Shown here: positions 1-13,069 of the stretch, one piece after another
How positions within the stretch are numbered: position 1 is the stretch's first letter
How the letters are laid out: every line of letters starts with the position of its first letter
NCBI GenBank assembly: GCA_047967505.1
Contig: CM106538.1
Source: Dipteris shenzhenensis
Lineage: Eukaryota
Length of the DNA: 64,000 nt
Direction: 5' to 3' (one strand)
The notes under the pieces: model-generated
The model's database searches: none
Told to the model about the DNA's origin: nothing
The model's input: only the letters and a program-made list of their open reading frames with translations
Translations under genes and position numbers: made by a program

Positions 1-1490
1 ATCAACATCATGAAGTAGGCCTTCCCTCAAGATGATGATTCTGGGGAATCAAAGAAGGACTGAGCATTACATTCCATCACACCCCTTTAATGGGAATGTC
101 CTTCCTCTGCATCAAACCAAGAGCTAGTCAGTGTTTCTCGAATAGCTCTTTACCGAGTGGTTTGGTAAAAATGTCTGCAACATTTTCTTTGCTATCACAA
201 TGCTACAATATGATGTCACTAAGTAACACTCTTTCTCTGATGAAGTGCTCTCTGACATCAATGTGCTTTGTTCTGGGGTGATATATTGGATTTTTGGCCA
301 ATGCTTGAGCCGATTGATTATCACAGTATATTGTTGTTGGCTTTGACTCATCAAAGTAATCTGTTTTTGACAATAGTCTTCTGCGCCATATAGCCTCACA
401 TGCACCTATAGTGAGTGCCCTATATTCTGCTTCAGTTGAAGACAAAGAAATAGTTGGCTGTTTCTTTGACAACCATCATATAGCACCTTGATCAAGGTAA
501 AATGCATATCCCTATGTCGATCTCCTGGTCTCATGATCTCCGGCATAGTCACTGTCACAGTATCCATGCAACCGTGGATGACTTCCTCTATATTCTATCC
601 CAAACTATCTTGTTCCTCTAATGTATCTCAAGACTCTTTTGGCTGCATTCTAGTGAGATTGTTTTGGATTTGCCATAAACTGTGCTAGTGAGCTTACTGC
701 ATAACAAATATCTGGCCGTGTGATTGTCAGATATATAAGAGATCCGATGAATTGCCTGTAGTATCTGTCATTGACTGTAGGCTTTTCTGAATCTTTAGTA
801 AGTTTCAAACTCTGTTCCATGGGAGTGGCTGCAATCTTGCAATCTACCATATGAAACTTCTTCAGGAGACTATCAACATACTTGAGTTGACTCATGAATG
901 TGCTATCTGAATCTCTCCAGAACTCAATTCCAAGACAATAGTGCATAAGTCCAAGATCTTTCATGTCGAACTCTGTAGATAAGTCTTGTTTTAGTTTTCT
1001 GATGAAGCTATCCTTGCTTCCTGTCACAATCAGATCATCTACGTACAAAAGTGCAATATAAATGTCTTCCCCTTGAACTTTGTAGTAGAGAGTATGATCT
1101 GCATTGGACTTCATGTACCCCAGATTAGCAAAATACTTGTCAATTCTACTGTACCAACTTCTGGGTGCTTGCTTTAAGCCATAGAGACTTTTCTTGAGAT
1201 GGCAAACCTTTTTCTCCTTTCCTGGTTCAACATAACCTACGGGTTGTTGCATGTAGACTTCCTCGTCTAGATAACCATTGAGAAATCCATTCTTGACATC
1301 GAGCTGATACACATTCCATTTACTGAGTGTCGCTAGTGATATCAAGAACCGTATGGAATCCATCTTTGCTACTGGAGCATAAGTCTCATCATAGTCTTGA
1401 CCATATTGTTGTGCAAATCCTTTTGCAACTAATCTGGTTTTGTATCTCTGAATACTGCCATGTGGATTGTACTTCAGTTCGTATACCCAT
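1..1490 (-). mobile_element. Degenerate Ty1/copia retrotransposon 3' part (RT, RNase H, PPT, start of 3' LTR)
   Basis: RT motifs RLVAKGF, QLDVKNGFLNG, LYGLKQAPR, LYVDDLI in ORF 650-1564. RNase H motifs KKQPTISLSSTEAEY and IYCDNQSA...RTKHIDVREHF in 203-472, separated from RT by in-frame stops. PPT AAAGGGGG then TG at ~80-89. Cut at 1490 by a younger copia. Confidence 0.93.
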
Positions 1491-1844
1491 TGTGAAGATA
1501 GTGGGAGAGAGGGAAGGAGTCTCACTTGCGGCTTTCTCACAATCACAAATGGGGGAATACACACAAAGGTGGAGGCTGAAAATAGTTTTCCTCTTCTTAG
1601 TTGTGATAGCCAAAAGAACTCAAGTAAAAAGAAATAGAAGAACCCTATATGTGGGTCTCAAAACTAAACTCAACTAACTAAGGTGGCATACTAACTGAGC
1701 CACGAACTAGTGTAGATAAGGATAGCTGTCATCCAGCTATTATTCGTGGGCGGTGTACCAACCGCATCTCCAGCTAACAAGTCGGTGACATAAGTATACA
1801 ACGGTCACCCTGGCATATCTCGAGTGGAGCTCGATATCTCAACA
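1491..1844 (-). repeat. 3' LTR (~354 bp) of the younger copia
   Basis: Starts TGTTG right after the PPT and ends TCACA at 1491, exactly where the older element's RT codons (WVY) resume. Confidence 0.85.
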
Positions 1845-4800
1845 CTCCCCCTCGAGCTCAATCCCAGATCTTGCACACCAAGCAGGTCTCTGAACTTGTG
1901 CAGTTTCTCTGCGCCCAATGCTTTCGTGAATATGTCAGCTACCTGATCCTCTATGCTGACATAAACTAGATCAATAAGACCTAGTAAAACCTTCTCCCGC
2001 ACATAGTGATAATGCACCTCAATGTGCTTTGTTCTGGCATGAAAGACTGGGTTCTTTGCCAAATGTATACTACTCATGTTGTCACAATAAATGACAACCG
2101 GCCCATCTGTAGACTGATGCATATCATAGAGTAGCTTATGCAACCAAGCTACCTCACATGCAGCCATTGCTGCACCCCTATACTCAGCCTCTGTGCTCGA
2201 CAAGGCGACTGTAGGCTGTTTCTTGCTGCTCCAAGTGACTGCAACACTCCCAAAAGAGAACACATATCCACTGGTAGATCGTCTATCTGAAATGCTACCA
2301 GCCCAATCAGCATCAGTGTATCCATGCAACTGTATCTGAACCCCAGCCTCATAAAATAGTCCATACTGCAATGTGGACTTCACATACGTGAGTATGCGTC
2401 TAGCCGCATCCAAATGCGGTTTCCTTGGAGCTTGCATAAACTGACTTACCAACCCAACAGCATAGCTCAAATCTGGCCTAGTAATAGTCATGTAAATCAA
2501 ACTTCCTACTATGCGTCTGTACATAGTAGGGTCTTCCAGAAGCTCACCTGCATCTGTGCTCAGCTTCACATTCTGCTCCAAAGGAACTGAAATAGGCTTA
2601 CAACCTGTCATCCCATATTTGGACAGCATGTCCAATCCATACTGCCTCTGCAAGAGCTGTATCCCACTTGGTGATCTAATCACCTCAATGCCCAAGAAAT
2701 AACGCAGCTCTCCCAAATCCTTCATCTCAAACTTCTGCCTCAATAGCATTTTCACATGAAGGATATCTTCATCACTATCACCTGTGATGATCAAATCATC
2801 AACATAAATGACCAGCAACATAATCCCTTTCTCTGTTTTTCTCACATAGAGTGAGAAATCTGCCTTGGAAATCTGAAAGCCAATAGTGACAAGATACTGT
2901 CCTATCTTGTCAGACCATGCTCTAGGTGCTTGCTTCAAGCCATACAAGGCTTTCTTCAACCTGCAAACAAACTCAGGATGAGTAGCATGAACATAACCTG
3001 CTGGCTGCTCCATAAAGACCTCTTCTTGCAAATCACCATGCAAGAAGGCATTCTTTACATCCATCTGATGTAAAGACCATCCCTTTGATGCAGCCATAGC
3101 AATGGCTGCTCTTACGGTTGCCATCCTTGCAACCGGGCTGAAAGTTTCTTCATAATCAATGCCATATGTCTGTGCATACCCCTTGACAACTAATCTTGCC
3201 TTGTATCTATTCACAGAACCATCTGCATTGTGCTTGATCTTATAAACCCACTTACAACCAATTGCATTCTTGCCTTTAGGCAAAGGCACCAATTCCCATG
3301 TAGCATTAGCATCCAAGGCATCCATTTCTTCATCCATGGCTTTCTCCCATTTTTCATTTCCCATGGCTTGCTCAAAAGAAGTGGGTTCTGGTTCCTGTAT
3401 CACTTTGACCATATAGGCATAGTGAATGGCTGTAAATCCATCATATTTCAGCCTATCCATAGGATACCTAACCCTGGTAGACCTGCGCAAAATAGGCTCA
3501 CTTCCAAGTGCTCTCAAAACATCCCTGGTCTTCCTTACTCCAGGTGTAACAACAGAAGGAATACCCAACTCATCATCAATGCTCTGTTCTGAGCCACTGG
3601 ATTCACCATCCACACAAGAGTGACCTGCATTCACATCATACATGGGCTGATCTACCTTCTCTTTCCCTTTTTGTGATACCTGCGTACCACTCTCTGCATT
3701 GCTTTGAGGGGATTTTCCTGATCTCAATCTGCCTGTCCATGGCGAAGTATGTGAACCACTGGTAGAGGACACTCCAGGTCCACTGATATTTTGTGATTGC
3801 TGCTGTGCATTTTGTGCAGCATTACCATTTTGTGCATCTACATCAATCATCACATTTACTGGTTTATACCAGCTGCTCATCTCATCAAAAACATCTCTGC
3901 TCACTGTGAACTTACGTGTAGAAGGGTTATAGCATCTATACCCTTTCTGCTGCAGAGAATAATCAATAAAGACGCACTTCTCAGCTTTTGGATCCAACTT
4001 GGACCTCAGCTCATCTGGCACATGGACATAGGCAATGCAACCAAAAATCTTCAAATGAGAAATATCTGGTTTCCTACCAGTATACATCTCCTCTGGCGTC
4101 ATACCATGTATTGCTGCAGTGGGAGTCCTGTTCATTATATAGACTGCTGTAGCAACTGCTTCAGCCCAGTAATAATCTGGTAGATCTTTTTCATTTAGCA
4201 TAGCCCGAGATACCTCTCCAATATGCCTGTTTTTTCTTTCTGCAATTCCATTTTGCTGTGGGGTATGACTGCATGAATATTGCTGCTTTATACCATGCTC
4301 CTACAAGAACCTTGCAAACTCATTTGAGAGGTACTCTCCCCCTCCATCTGACCTTAGGCATTTTATTTGCAGGCCTGTTTCTTTTTCAACCATAGCTTTG
4401 AAAGCTTTGAAGTGCCCAAACACTTCACTTTTCTTTTTCATAAAATACACCCACAGTTTTCTGCTGAAGTCATCAATAAATGTGACAAAATAGTGACAGC
4501 CTCCAATAGATGCAGCTTTTGTAGTCCACACATCAGAGTGGATTAATTCCAATGACTTTTTACTCTCTTGAACATGCCTAGGAAAAGGTTTCCTTGCCTG
4601 TTTCCCAAATTGACAGGCTTCACAAATCTTGTGCATTTCTGCAACCTTGAATTTTGGCAATCCTGCAACAATATTTTGGGCTTGCATTGATTTAAGTCGC
4701 TGTATATTAACATGACCAATGCGTTTGTGCCAGATATCAATATCTGCAACTACACCGGTCCCATGTGCAAACATTGCTACACTCAATTCAGGCATGTCTG

Positions 4801-4921
4801 CATCCAACGTAACCATCCTGCCCTTCTTCTTTCCTTTTGCTATCAAGCGACCATTATTTTTCATATCCTCAACAAAGCATCCATGAGGATTAAATCTGAC
4901 CTGCAAGCCCTGCTCAACCAT
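1805..4921 (-). pseudogene. Copia pol (integrase-RT-RNase H) with one premature stop at 4301-4303
   Basis: Frame continues FL*EHGIKQQYSCSHTPQQNGIAERKNR into MLNEKDLP. YVDDL and YTDADWAG motifs are intact. Confidence 0.92.
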
Positions 4922-4949
4922 CTGACCAACAGAAACCAGGTTCTTGAAG

Positions 4950-6050
4950 ACTTTCGATGCACCTCTTTTAAGTTTTAGGACTTATAATATATGACTCACG
5001 ACACTACTATGGACACTCTACCAGACTAATGAGTAGTAGCTTGACATGACAACTATTAACCTCATGGTCTTGGATAAAAGCAAGGAGCTCAAGGCTCTAA
5101 GCCAATTTATGAGATTGTGTCATGCCTAATTCACCACCACTACCATGCAACCACCACACCAACATCTCTCCAAATCCATGTGTATGTGTTGCCCATACTC
5201 TAGACAAATCCAACCGATCCAACTATGAGACTCCAATAGTTTGAAGAGGCAAACATTGTCCCAGCCAATAGTAAGCTGGGTATTCACCACCCTTCTACAT
5301 CTCAGTCAAACATGAGCACCCCATGAGGCATTCTCCACCCCCTAAAGCCAAGCAACAATAGCAACCCTAAAATGACTCGCAAATGCAATAAGACCCCCCA
5401 CGTGTGCAAGACGGCTGAAGAGTTGGTCCTATAAATAGTTGCAATAGATACTTGCAGGCTTGAAGTAGTATAAAATGCACACACGTCTGAAATATGTAAG
5501 GCGGCTTAACAAAGCACTCCGAGTTGCTACAACAGAGTGCAGTAGAGATATGGAGAAAGAGGTAGCTAAGCAAAAAACCAAATAGGTTTGAGAAACAGAG
5601 TGAGATGATTTGGTTGAGAGAAGGAGGTAGCATAGGTAAAATTAGGGTTAGGGCTAAAGAGGATGATGGCATGGTAGAAAGAGATTAGGGAAGGGCCATG
5701 GCAAGACTAATCTACTCTAATACCATGTTGGAAACATGGAGGTGAGATAGAGAGAGAAGGCTAGGGTGTGAGGAAGTGCTACATAAATGAAGACATAATG
5801 AAAGTCTTTCCCTATATTCATATAGTCAATGTGAAGTACACGTACAAGACTTTATAGGCTTGTTGCCACTTCCTTACATGTATGGAGAGATAGCTTGTTG
5901 CCACTTCCTTATGTGTATGGAGAGATAGTCATTTGAAAAAAATTCCAAGTCTTTTTGTCACCTACATACATATTGGGTGTCATTGTTGTGGTATATGTGT
6001 AGCTTAGGACCTCAAGTCATGGTCCAATCAGAGATGTAGGCTCAAGTGTG
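4950..6050 (-). mobile_element. Small/non-autonomous LTR element remnant: LTR (boundary at 5726) + tRNA-iMet PBS
   Basis: Minus strand reads CCAACA TGGTATTAGAG at 5714-5731. LTR sequence resembles the LTR at 47248-47542. Far boundary uncertain. Confidence 0.55.
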
Positions 6051-6119
6051 AAAAGATACATGCATGCACACTTATGTATAAGATTCATTCATGTCACCAT
6101 GAGTGGGGCAATGGAGGTT

Positions 6120-6546
6120 TTCACCTCCAATGGAGTTCAAGGGTTTAGAAAATGTTTGTAGGGTTTAGGAAGAGGGTAGGGTTGAGGAAGCTATCTAGGG
6201 AATCCAAGGCTTAGAGAAGGTTTGGGGTTGAGAGAAGGTTGTAGGGTTGAGGAGTGGAGAGCTAGTCTCCTTCACAAATTCAAGGGGTTAAGGGTTTAGA
6301 AGGGGGTAACAGCAAGGTTGAGGAGGAGGGAGGAAGAGGGTTGAGGAGGAGGGAGGAACAGGGAGGAGGAGGGAGGAGGAGAAGGGAGGAGAAGGGAGGA
6401 GACAGGAGGAGGAAGGAGGAGGAGGGAGGAGTGCAAGGGTGAGAGCATGCTACAACACGATAGTGTAGGAAGCATGGACACTTGGAGACATTTGCCTTAG
6501 AATTCCAAAGTTAAGCTAAACCTGATGCCACCAAAGAGTGTGGCTG
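6120..6546. repeat. Dispersed repeat module (AGGGTT-rich, then GGA tract, then conserved tail), copy 1
   Basis: Shares GGAGAGCTAGTCTCCTT.AC.AATTC.AGGGG with ~35019-35050, and GCATGGACACTT...CCAAAGAGTGTGG with 11252-11321. Confidence 0.7.
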
Positions 6547-7064
6547 ACCCATCCCACTCTCGATCAGATTTAAATCATTTAATTTTATGAGTTTTTAAGG
6601 CTCATCAAGATTTGGAATTTGATTTGTACTACCTTGGATACACTGTTATCTTTTCCCAAAGGCCCAATGAAGCCTTCATAAGAAGACTTATGAGTGGCAT
6701 GTTGAAACAAGTAAGGGTTATGGAGAGATAACTCTCTAAGATTTAAAGAGTACATAGCCTAGATAGAGTAGGTAAACTTTAGGAAATGCTAAAAGGCTTG
6801 TCAAATCCACACTGTCACATAAGAGTTGATGGACATTGACGGGGACCAAAAAGCATTTGTAAACAAGTGGTGTTTATAATATGCAATCTCTAAAACTTCT
6901 CAATATAGTGGAAACGAATTTTAAGGGATTTGACTTGCTTGATTTAAAACAATGATTTAAAATTATGTAATCAGTTTCTCAAAAAACAGAAATGCTAGAT
7001 CAAGGATTCTTTTCTTTTGGTAATTGGTGGATTAGTCATTGCTTATCAAAACATGGTTCTCACG

Positions 7065-7346
7065 TATAGTAGAGAAATCCCTAGAGGTTAAGGGTGAGTG
7101 TGCACATGGTTCACATGAAGAGGCACATGAATTAAACATGGGCCTCATTAACGGTGTCACATGGAACATGGCCAATGTATTACGTGGCTAAGGATGTGAA
7201 CAAGTATGTGGTGAAGAATGTACACAAGTGTGTGGATTGTAACCCTCAAGGGTGCAACTCCTGGCCTCTATTAAAAGGGAGTCTTATCACTATGGACTGA
7301 AATACGTTGGACCAAACCTTTGTATACACAAAGTCTTATCACGTGC

Positions 7347-7418
<72 letters not shown>

Positions 7419-7535
7419 CCCTCAATCTCTTCCATGCTCGAGTCTTCTCTCTCATGCAAGTAGCTTCTACTATCAACATTCTCACTCTCTCTCTTGAGCT
7501 AATAGATCCTAGAAATTATAACATGGTATCAGAGC
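7065..7535 (+). mobile_element. LTR with (CT)n tract followed by a perfect tRNA-iMet PBS
   Basis: AACA TGGTATCAGAGC at 7520-7535. TATA-like CTATTAAAAGGG ~7268. (CT)n 7346-7416. Left edge approximate. Confidence 0.7.
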
Positions 7536-7667
7536 TTAGGGTAGCTCATATTTCTTTAGAGTTTCAAGACTATTTTTTAACTTTCCATGGAGTGTCTTTG
7601 CAAGGGTTCTACATGAAGTGAATTTGCCAATGGTTCTTCATGTGCTAAGTGAAGGTTCTTTTTAGAA

Positions 7668-7925
7668 GCTATTGATCCCTTTGACTACCCCAAGAATCCC
7701 CCCAAATAATCGAGGCAAAGTAGTAGCAGCAGCAACAACAACAGCAGCAGAAGTAGCAGTAGCAGTAGCAGTAGCAGTAGCAATAGCAGCAGCAGTAGCA
7801 GCAACAGCAACAGTAGCCACTACTATTGATCCCTTTAACTATCCCAAGAATCCCCCAAAATAATCGAGGCAAAGTAGTAGCAGCAGTAGCAGTAGCAGTA
7901 GCAATAGTAGTAGTAGTAGTAGTAG
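7668..7925. repeat. Tandem duplication (~150 bp unit) with GCA/GTA trinucleotide tracts
   Basis: CTATTGATCCC...CCCAAGAATCCCCC.AAATAATCGAGGCAAAGTAGTAGCAGC occurs at ~7669 and ~7823. Confidence 0.85.
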
Positions 7926-8658
7926 GGGGTGGGGGTTCATCAACAAGAAAAATATGCACCATTTGAACAATGGTGCCTTTCATCACACTCTTCATGGCTT
8001 GCATATCAAAAATGTCCATTTTTTTAAGGTTGTAGATTGAGTACCCGTCACTAGGTTGCTGCCACTAGAGTCCATATCAAAAATGGTGGGTCTTCTAGTT
8101 GTTTGCTCCTCCTCTAGATGTAGGTCATGAGTTGTTGCACTAACCATGCTGTAGAGCCATTTCTTAGCTATGACCTACTGGTTGTGTTGAAGAAGAGCAC
8201 AGGTCATTGAAGATATGTTCATTGATGGGTTCTTGTTGGAGGCGCTCATCTTCCTTGTGGGTGGGCTAAGCTAGCAAATTGAGATGTGCTACCTTGCCTA
8301 GAGCACAAGAGGGCCATTTGCTAGTTCTAGATCCATCTTGTTCTTGTTGGAGATAGCTTGCACTACTGTTTCTTGAAGAAGGTAGTTGTATGCCTGTTGT
8401 GAGCCAGCTTGGCTAAGGTGGCCAGTGCGATGTCCTAAGCACCTCACATTGCTTATTCTACCTCCTTCACAAATATATCTCTCACAATCAAAAATCTCTA
8501 GAAAGAGAACTTTGGCTTCTCTCTCTACCTATGAAAATCTCTCAAATGGTGAGAGTTCCTATTGCTACTATGGAAATCTCTCAAAAGATACTATCTAGTT
8601 ACACAACACAAACAAACTAGAAACATACTAATCTACCTAGGCTTGGTGGACAACCTAC

Positions 8659-8993
8659 GCTCTAATACCATGTGGAAGATCCAATATACAATGGCCACCA
8701 GTGCACACAAGGTCAATGAAGAACTAAGGAGGCTCAAAGCACACTACATAAGACATGAGAGAGATATCAAATGTATATCTCTATTCAACAATACAAGATA
8801 GGCTTCTTATATAGAGAGAGTCTTTAGAATAGTCAACACATGTGGGATCCTCTCATGCACATCTCTCCTTGTGGATATCCTTGATCCACATCTCCACATC
8901 ATGTAGTTCACATCCTTGGGTGGCTACTTTAATACATTCCTTAGTTCATACCTTAGCCTCTAATTCATGTGCACATGGCACCATATCTCAACA
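8659..8993 (-). mobile_element. 5' LTR (8671-8993) + tRNA-iMet PBS of a minus-strand LTR element
   Basis: GCTCTAATACCA (reverse complement of PBS) at 8659-8670 abuts TGTGG...TCAACA. Confidence 0.7.
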
Positions 8994-9476
8994 CATAACC
9001 CAAACCTTTTTAGATTTCCATTTGTAAACTTTTGGTACTCACAATACTCCTATTCAAGGTCACCACATGGCCCCATTTCTCATGCAAGAATTCAAAAAAC
9101 TCCCTCGCTTGACATCAACAAATGTTATCAGCATAATCCCTGAATGTTGCTTTAGGTTAACAAAGGATTGTTGATAATGGTTTATTAAAGGTCCATCCAA
9201 AATGACTCATCCATTAATTCACATCCATGTATATAATTCCATGATTCAAATTTTTTTGTGAACAATGCTTTTATGGAAAAGAATTCCAACATAGGATTAT
9301 CACCAAATAAGACATGAATAAATATCTATGAAGAATTTTGATTACTTTGCAAAGCAAATCTCCCATGTGGCATCAAGGATAAACATCTTTGGAAACAAGC
9401 ACATACCTGTAAGTACTCAGCGTTTCTCATCATATAATAAATGCGAAACTGGGAAATTACCACTCCTCGTGCTCGC

Positions 9477-10079
9477 TTATGAAGCTTTCTTACTCCCTCT
9501 CAACTCTTTTGTGGTCCATAATTGAGACTCCAAGTTGTCAAGGTGGACTACACTCTTAGCAGATGGCTGCCAATCAATGAATATGCTGCCCCCGTGAGCT
9601 CTGTGTGGGTAAGGAGTGTCACATATGCATCCTCTATACATCTGTATATGACCAGCAAACCTTGCTTTTCTTGTTGGGCCAAAATATTTCAATGGTTGTG
9701 CTTCTGGTGTCCTCAGCATCATCTCCCCATTAGATATAATGCCAGAGGATGGTTGTGGTAATAATGTGGCTTGAGGGTTCTTTTCCAAAAAATTTACCAC
9801 TGTTAAAGCCAACTCCCTCATATAGTAAAAGATGAGTGATGCCTTGTAGAATATTACCATATCATTGGTCTTCATGAACAAGAGAGAAGTATTAAATGCT
9901 ACCATTAAGGAATGATTGGGGACAAAGGAAGGTAGATTATGAGCAGTAAACCATATAGCATGGTCATACCATAGCGGCTGCATCCTACAATCCATGCATT
10001 CCTCCACACACTTGCACTTTATGTAGGGACTTCCCATATTGAAGATGTTGCTCAAGTATTTGGGTGTTCTTTTTTCCAT
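9477..10079 (-). CDS. Orphan intronless ORF, 200 aa, unknown function (probably TE-borne, possibly frameshifted at 3' end)
   Basis: Complex, non-repetitive 200-codon frame. TATATATA box ~120 bp upstream (10198-10205). No motif recognised. Confidence 0.35.
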   Translation of the reverse strand: MEKRTPKYLSNIFNMGSPYIKCKCVEECMDCRMQPLWYDHAIWFTAHNLPSFVPNHSLMVAFNTSLLFMKTNDMVIFYKASLIFYYMRELALTVVNFLEKNPQATLLPQPSSGIISNGEMMLRTPEAQPLKYFGPTRKARFAGHIQMYRGCICDTPYPHRAHGGSIFIDWQPSAKSVVHLDNLESQLWTTKELRGSKKAS

Positions 10080-11139
10080 TTTTGAGGTGACATGATGTAA
10101 TATCTCTGTACTCGAACTGACACTGAATCAAGTGACTGAATCAACTACTGCAAATGAATTGCTGACTGAAATCTGCAACTCTCATGAACTGAACTGCTAT
10201 ATATAACCATTGTTACAAGGCTTGTGGCAAATGATGTCAGGATAGCCTAGAAGGCTTTACAAGGCTTGTAATATGTGCACAAATTCCTGGAATAACTAGA
10301 AATGACTTTACAAGGATGGCATGTGAGTGCAAAATAAAATGATGTGAAATATGAACACTGAATCAATGCACCAATGCCTCTAAATAATCTACTCACTGAA
10401 CTGAGAACGACAAGGTCTCAGGGTATCTTATGATGTGATACTGCATGTGAGCATATGGACTGACACCGAGTAGGTACTAGTTGGGAATTTCAAGCATGGC
10501 TTAGATTGGCAACTTAGAGAAATTCCAAGCATCTCCTCTATGGTGAACTACTCTACTCTGATCTAGATCTAGACCAACCGTCGAGCGAGGAAAAGCAACA
10601 AATATTTTCTTTTCAGTGTTGATTTTAAGTGCAAGGCTCAAATCATCGATGAAGAGGCATCACTTATGTGAAAAGAAGTGGTTTTGGCATCGAGGTTGAA
10701 AATTGCAAATTATAGGGGTTGAAACCTGTGCTTAATATGACGATTGCGTAGAGCACAAAAAATCAAGCGTTTCACCTTTTTGTAGCACCCCCAAATTCCT
10801 CCTAGATCAAGAGATACAACTTGATCTAGGTGGAGGGGCAAAAAAGAGAAATGTTTACAATGATGATGTGGCAGTGTGCTTAGCCAAAGGTGTGCCAATG
10901 AAGCACTGTGATCAAGTGGTAGCCAGGTGCACATGCAGTGTGTCTGTGTGTGCTTGGCAGGAGGTAACAGTGCCTGGTAGGGGGTTGTGTGCCACATGGT
11001 GGAGATGAGGTGGCAATTGACTGGTCAGACTGATGACATGGTAGTTTGATTAGTCAATGTAGATGACATGGCACAGGTGATGTGTCTACTGATGTGGCAA
11101 CATTGGTGCTGATGTGTTGCAACATTAGTGCTGATGTGT

Positions 11140-11335
11140 TGCACAAGGAGGAGGAGGGAGGAGGAGAGGGAGAGGATGGGTTGCAAGGTTGGAGGAGAGG
11201 GGAGGAGGAGTTGTAAGGTTAGGACATGCTTTTGGACGTGGAGTGCAAAGGAGCATGGACACTTGAGACAATTGCTTGGAATACCAAAGTAGAACTCAAC
11301 ACAATGCCCCAAAGAGTGTGGGCTTCATTCCATTA
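11140..11335. repeat. Dispersed repeat module, copy 2
   Basis: GGA tract plus GAGCATGGACACTTGAGACAATTG...CCCCAAAGAGTGTGGGCTTCATTCCATT, shared with ~6470-6546 and ~35378-35405. Confidence 0.65.
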
Positions 11336-11401
11336 TGGGGTATTTATACAAGTTGGAGAGCTTCTCTCTCTGCATGTAGGAATTGTAAGACATTCTCTCT
11401 C

Positions 11402-11616
11402 TACATGTAGAACTTGCATATAGAAGTTGCATGTAGGAGTTGCATGTAGAACTTGAATGTAGAACATGCATGTAGGAATCGCATGTAGGACTTGCATGTA
11501 GGACTTGCATGTAGGAGTTGCAAGTAGAAGTTGCAAGTAGAACATGCATGTAGGAATCGTATGTAGGAGTTGCATGTAGAACTCGTATGTAAGAATCGCA
11601 AGTAGAACTTGCATGT
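11402..11616. repeat. Minisatellite, 13-14 bp unit GCATGTAG(A/G)A(C/G)TT
   Basis: About 15 imperfect head-to-tail copies. Confidence 0.9.
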
Positions 11617-11962
11617 TGAGGATTCCTAAGAGAGGTTATTCCTAGTCTTATGCAAGTACAAGCGGAGCTTTTCCGCTACTCTACACACACATTCTGTACT
11701 ACCTAATTTCATGTTAGCACAGAGACAACATACTCTCGGATCCATTTTATTACCCATCCTCGAGTTTTGGCTTATTGCAAGCACGTAGCTAGGTTGCCAT
11801 GTCTTTAGTCTAGTGGCTGTGAAACTTGTGTCATGCCAGTCGATCCTGCTGTAAAGCCTTGGCACCATACAATTTTTGCTCAGTTTTCAGGTAGCCTGTA
11901 TCCACCATTTGTTCAAATAGACATATGTGGCATGCTTCTAAGAAGATCACTCTTTGATAAAG

Positions 11963-13069
11963 TCAGCTTGTAATCTGAGCATCGACCGGTTCATTGGAAT
12001 TGAAACTGAGTGGAGGCAAATGGCCATTGAGGTAACATGGGACCTCCAGAATGTATTTCAATGTTTTGCAGAAGATAGCACTTAAGCGAAGGAAGCGATC
12101 AATGTTGCCATGCATTATTTTCTCATGCTGTTGAAGTGCTCGGATCATTGTGCCTTGGATATATGATTCTACACCAGAGTATGGTTCGATCATTGACCAA
12201 TTAATGGTGCAACCTTCATCCAAAGTGTGTATGTTGGCTTCCCATTTTTTACATCGTGGAACTGCATAGAACTTGGGATGGGTTTTGAGACATGGAGGTG
12301 CATGTAGGTACTCTTTCGAGAAGATTACATCAAAGAGCTTGGGATGATCCCAATCAGGTTGTGGATCCAACTTGCTTATCCAACCTTCACTAATTTGATG
12401 CTGATGAAGGTTGGTAGGGAAGTTGTCCAGGGTCCATCCACCTCGAGTTTTCATATCAAGATATTTGCTCCAAAATTCCTTGATGGGGTTACTGGGAAGT
12501 GGTATCTCATCAAAATCATACCCATCATTGGAACTTGGCATGGGAGTACAATTTGGATTATCCAAATCCTGATATTCAAAATCAAATATTGTGTCATTTT
12601 CTGCTGATGGAAGCACAAGTAGTGTCGGAGGTGATGACAGGACAGGGAGAGAATCTAGGGACATGGGGGAGAAATATGGAAGAGTATCAGTTGTGAAAGG
12701 GGGAGCAGAGGGGAGGGGGGGAAGAACTGGGTAAATGGTTTGAGCAGCTTGGTAATCCTTGAGGGTAGGATTAGCAAGGGAAGGGAAGAAGCTAGGTGTG
12801 AGGGGTTTGTAAGTTTGTGACTATTGGGTTAGTTGAAAATGGTGAGAGGCATGAGCAAAGAGACGATGGAGGGAATAGATGTTAGGATGGAGCTCGAGGA
12901 AGGTTAAGAGGGTGGTAGCAGCAAGGGTAAGTGAGGTTATGAGGTTGGCAGAGAGAGTGCTTAGATATGGGAAGTTGGATGTGAGATAGGCCCTATCATC
13001 TTTCGAGACTCCTTTTTGCTGGTGCGATGGGATCACATTATGGGAGAGGGGTCTAAAAAGGGCCTCCAA
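11963..13069 (-). pseudogene. Orphan ~368-codon reading frame with one in-frame stop (12821-12823), unknown family
   Basis: ORFs 12821-13069 and 11963-12664 are in one frame, joined by 52 open codons. Pro/Ser/Thr-rich N-half, globular-looking Trp/His/Cys-containing C-half. Confidence 0.4.

Larger units (their letters stand above)
1491..4945 (-). mobile_element. Younger Ty1/copia element (GAG-pre-integrase, integrase, RT, RNase H, 3' LTR), 5'-truncated, nested in the first copia
   Basis: WHKRIGH/CEAC zinc finger, IHSDVW and RSDGGGEY (4301-4921), then RT/RNase H ORF 1805-4201 in the same frame after one TAG. PPT GAGGGGGAG at 1845-1853 followed by an LTR. Confidence 0.95.

Noticed and set aside
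1491-1564. N-terminus of the 304-aa RT ORF
   Set aside because: Read-through from the inserted LTR, not a real start.
6138-6300. Interstitial telomere
   Set aside because: Only isolated AGGGTTTAG units, no tandem (TTTAGGG)n array.
11402-11616. CRISPR-like appearance of short repeats (also 35501-35632, 37880-38175)
   Set aside because: Head-to-tail units with no unique spacers and no cas genes, in a eukaryotic context.
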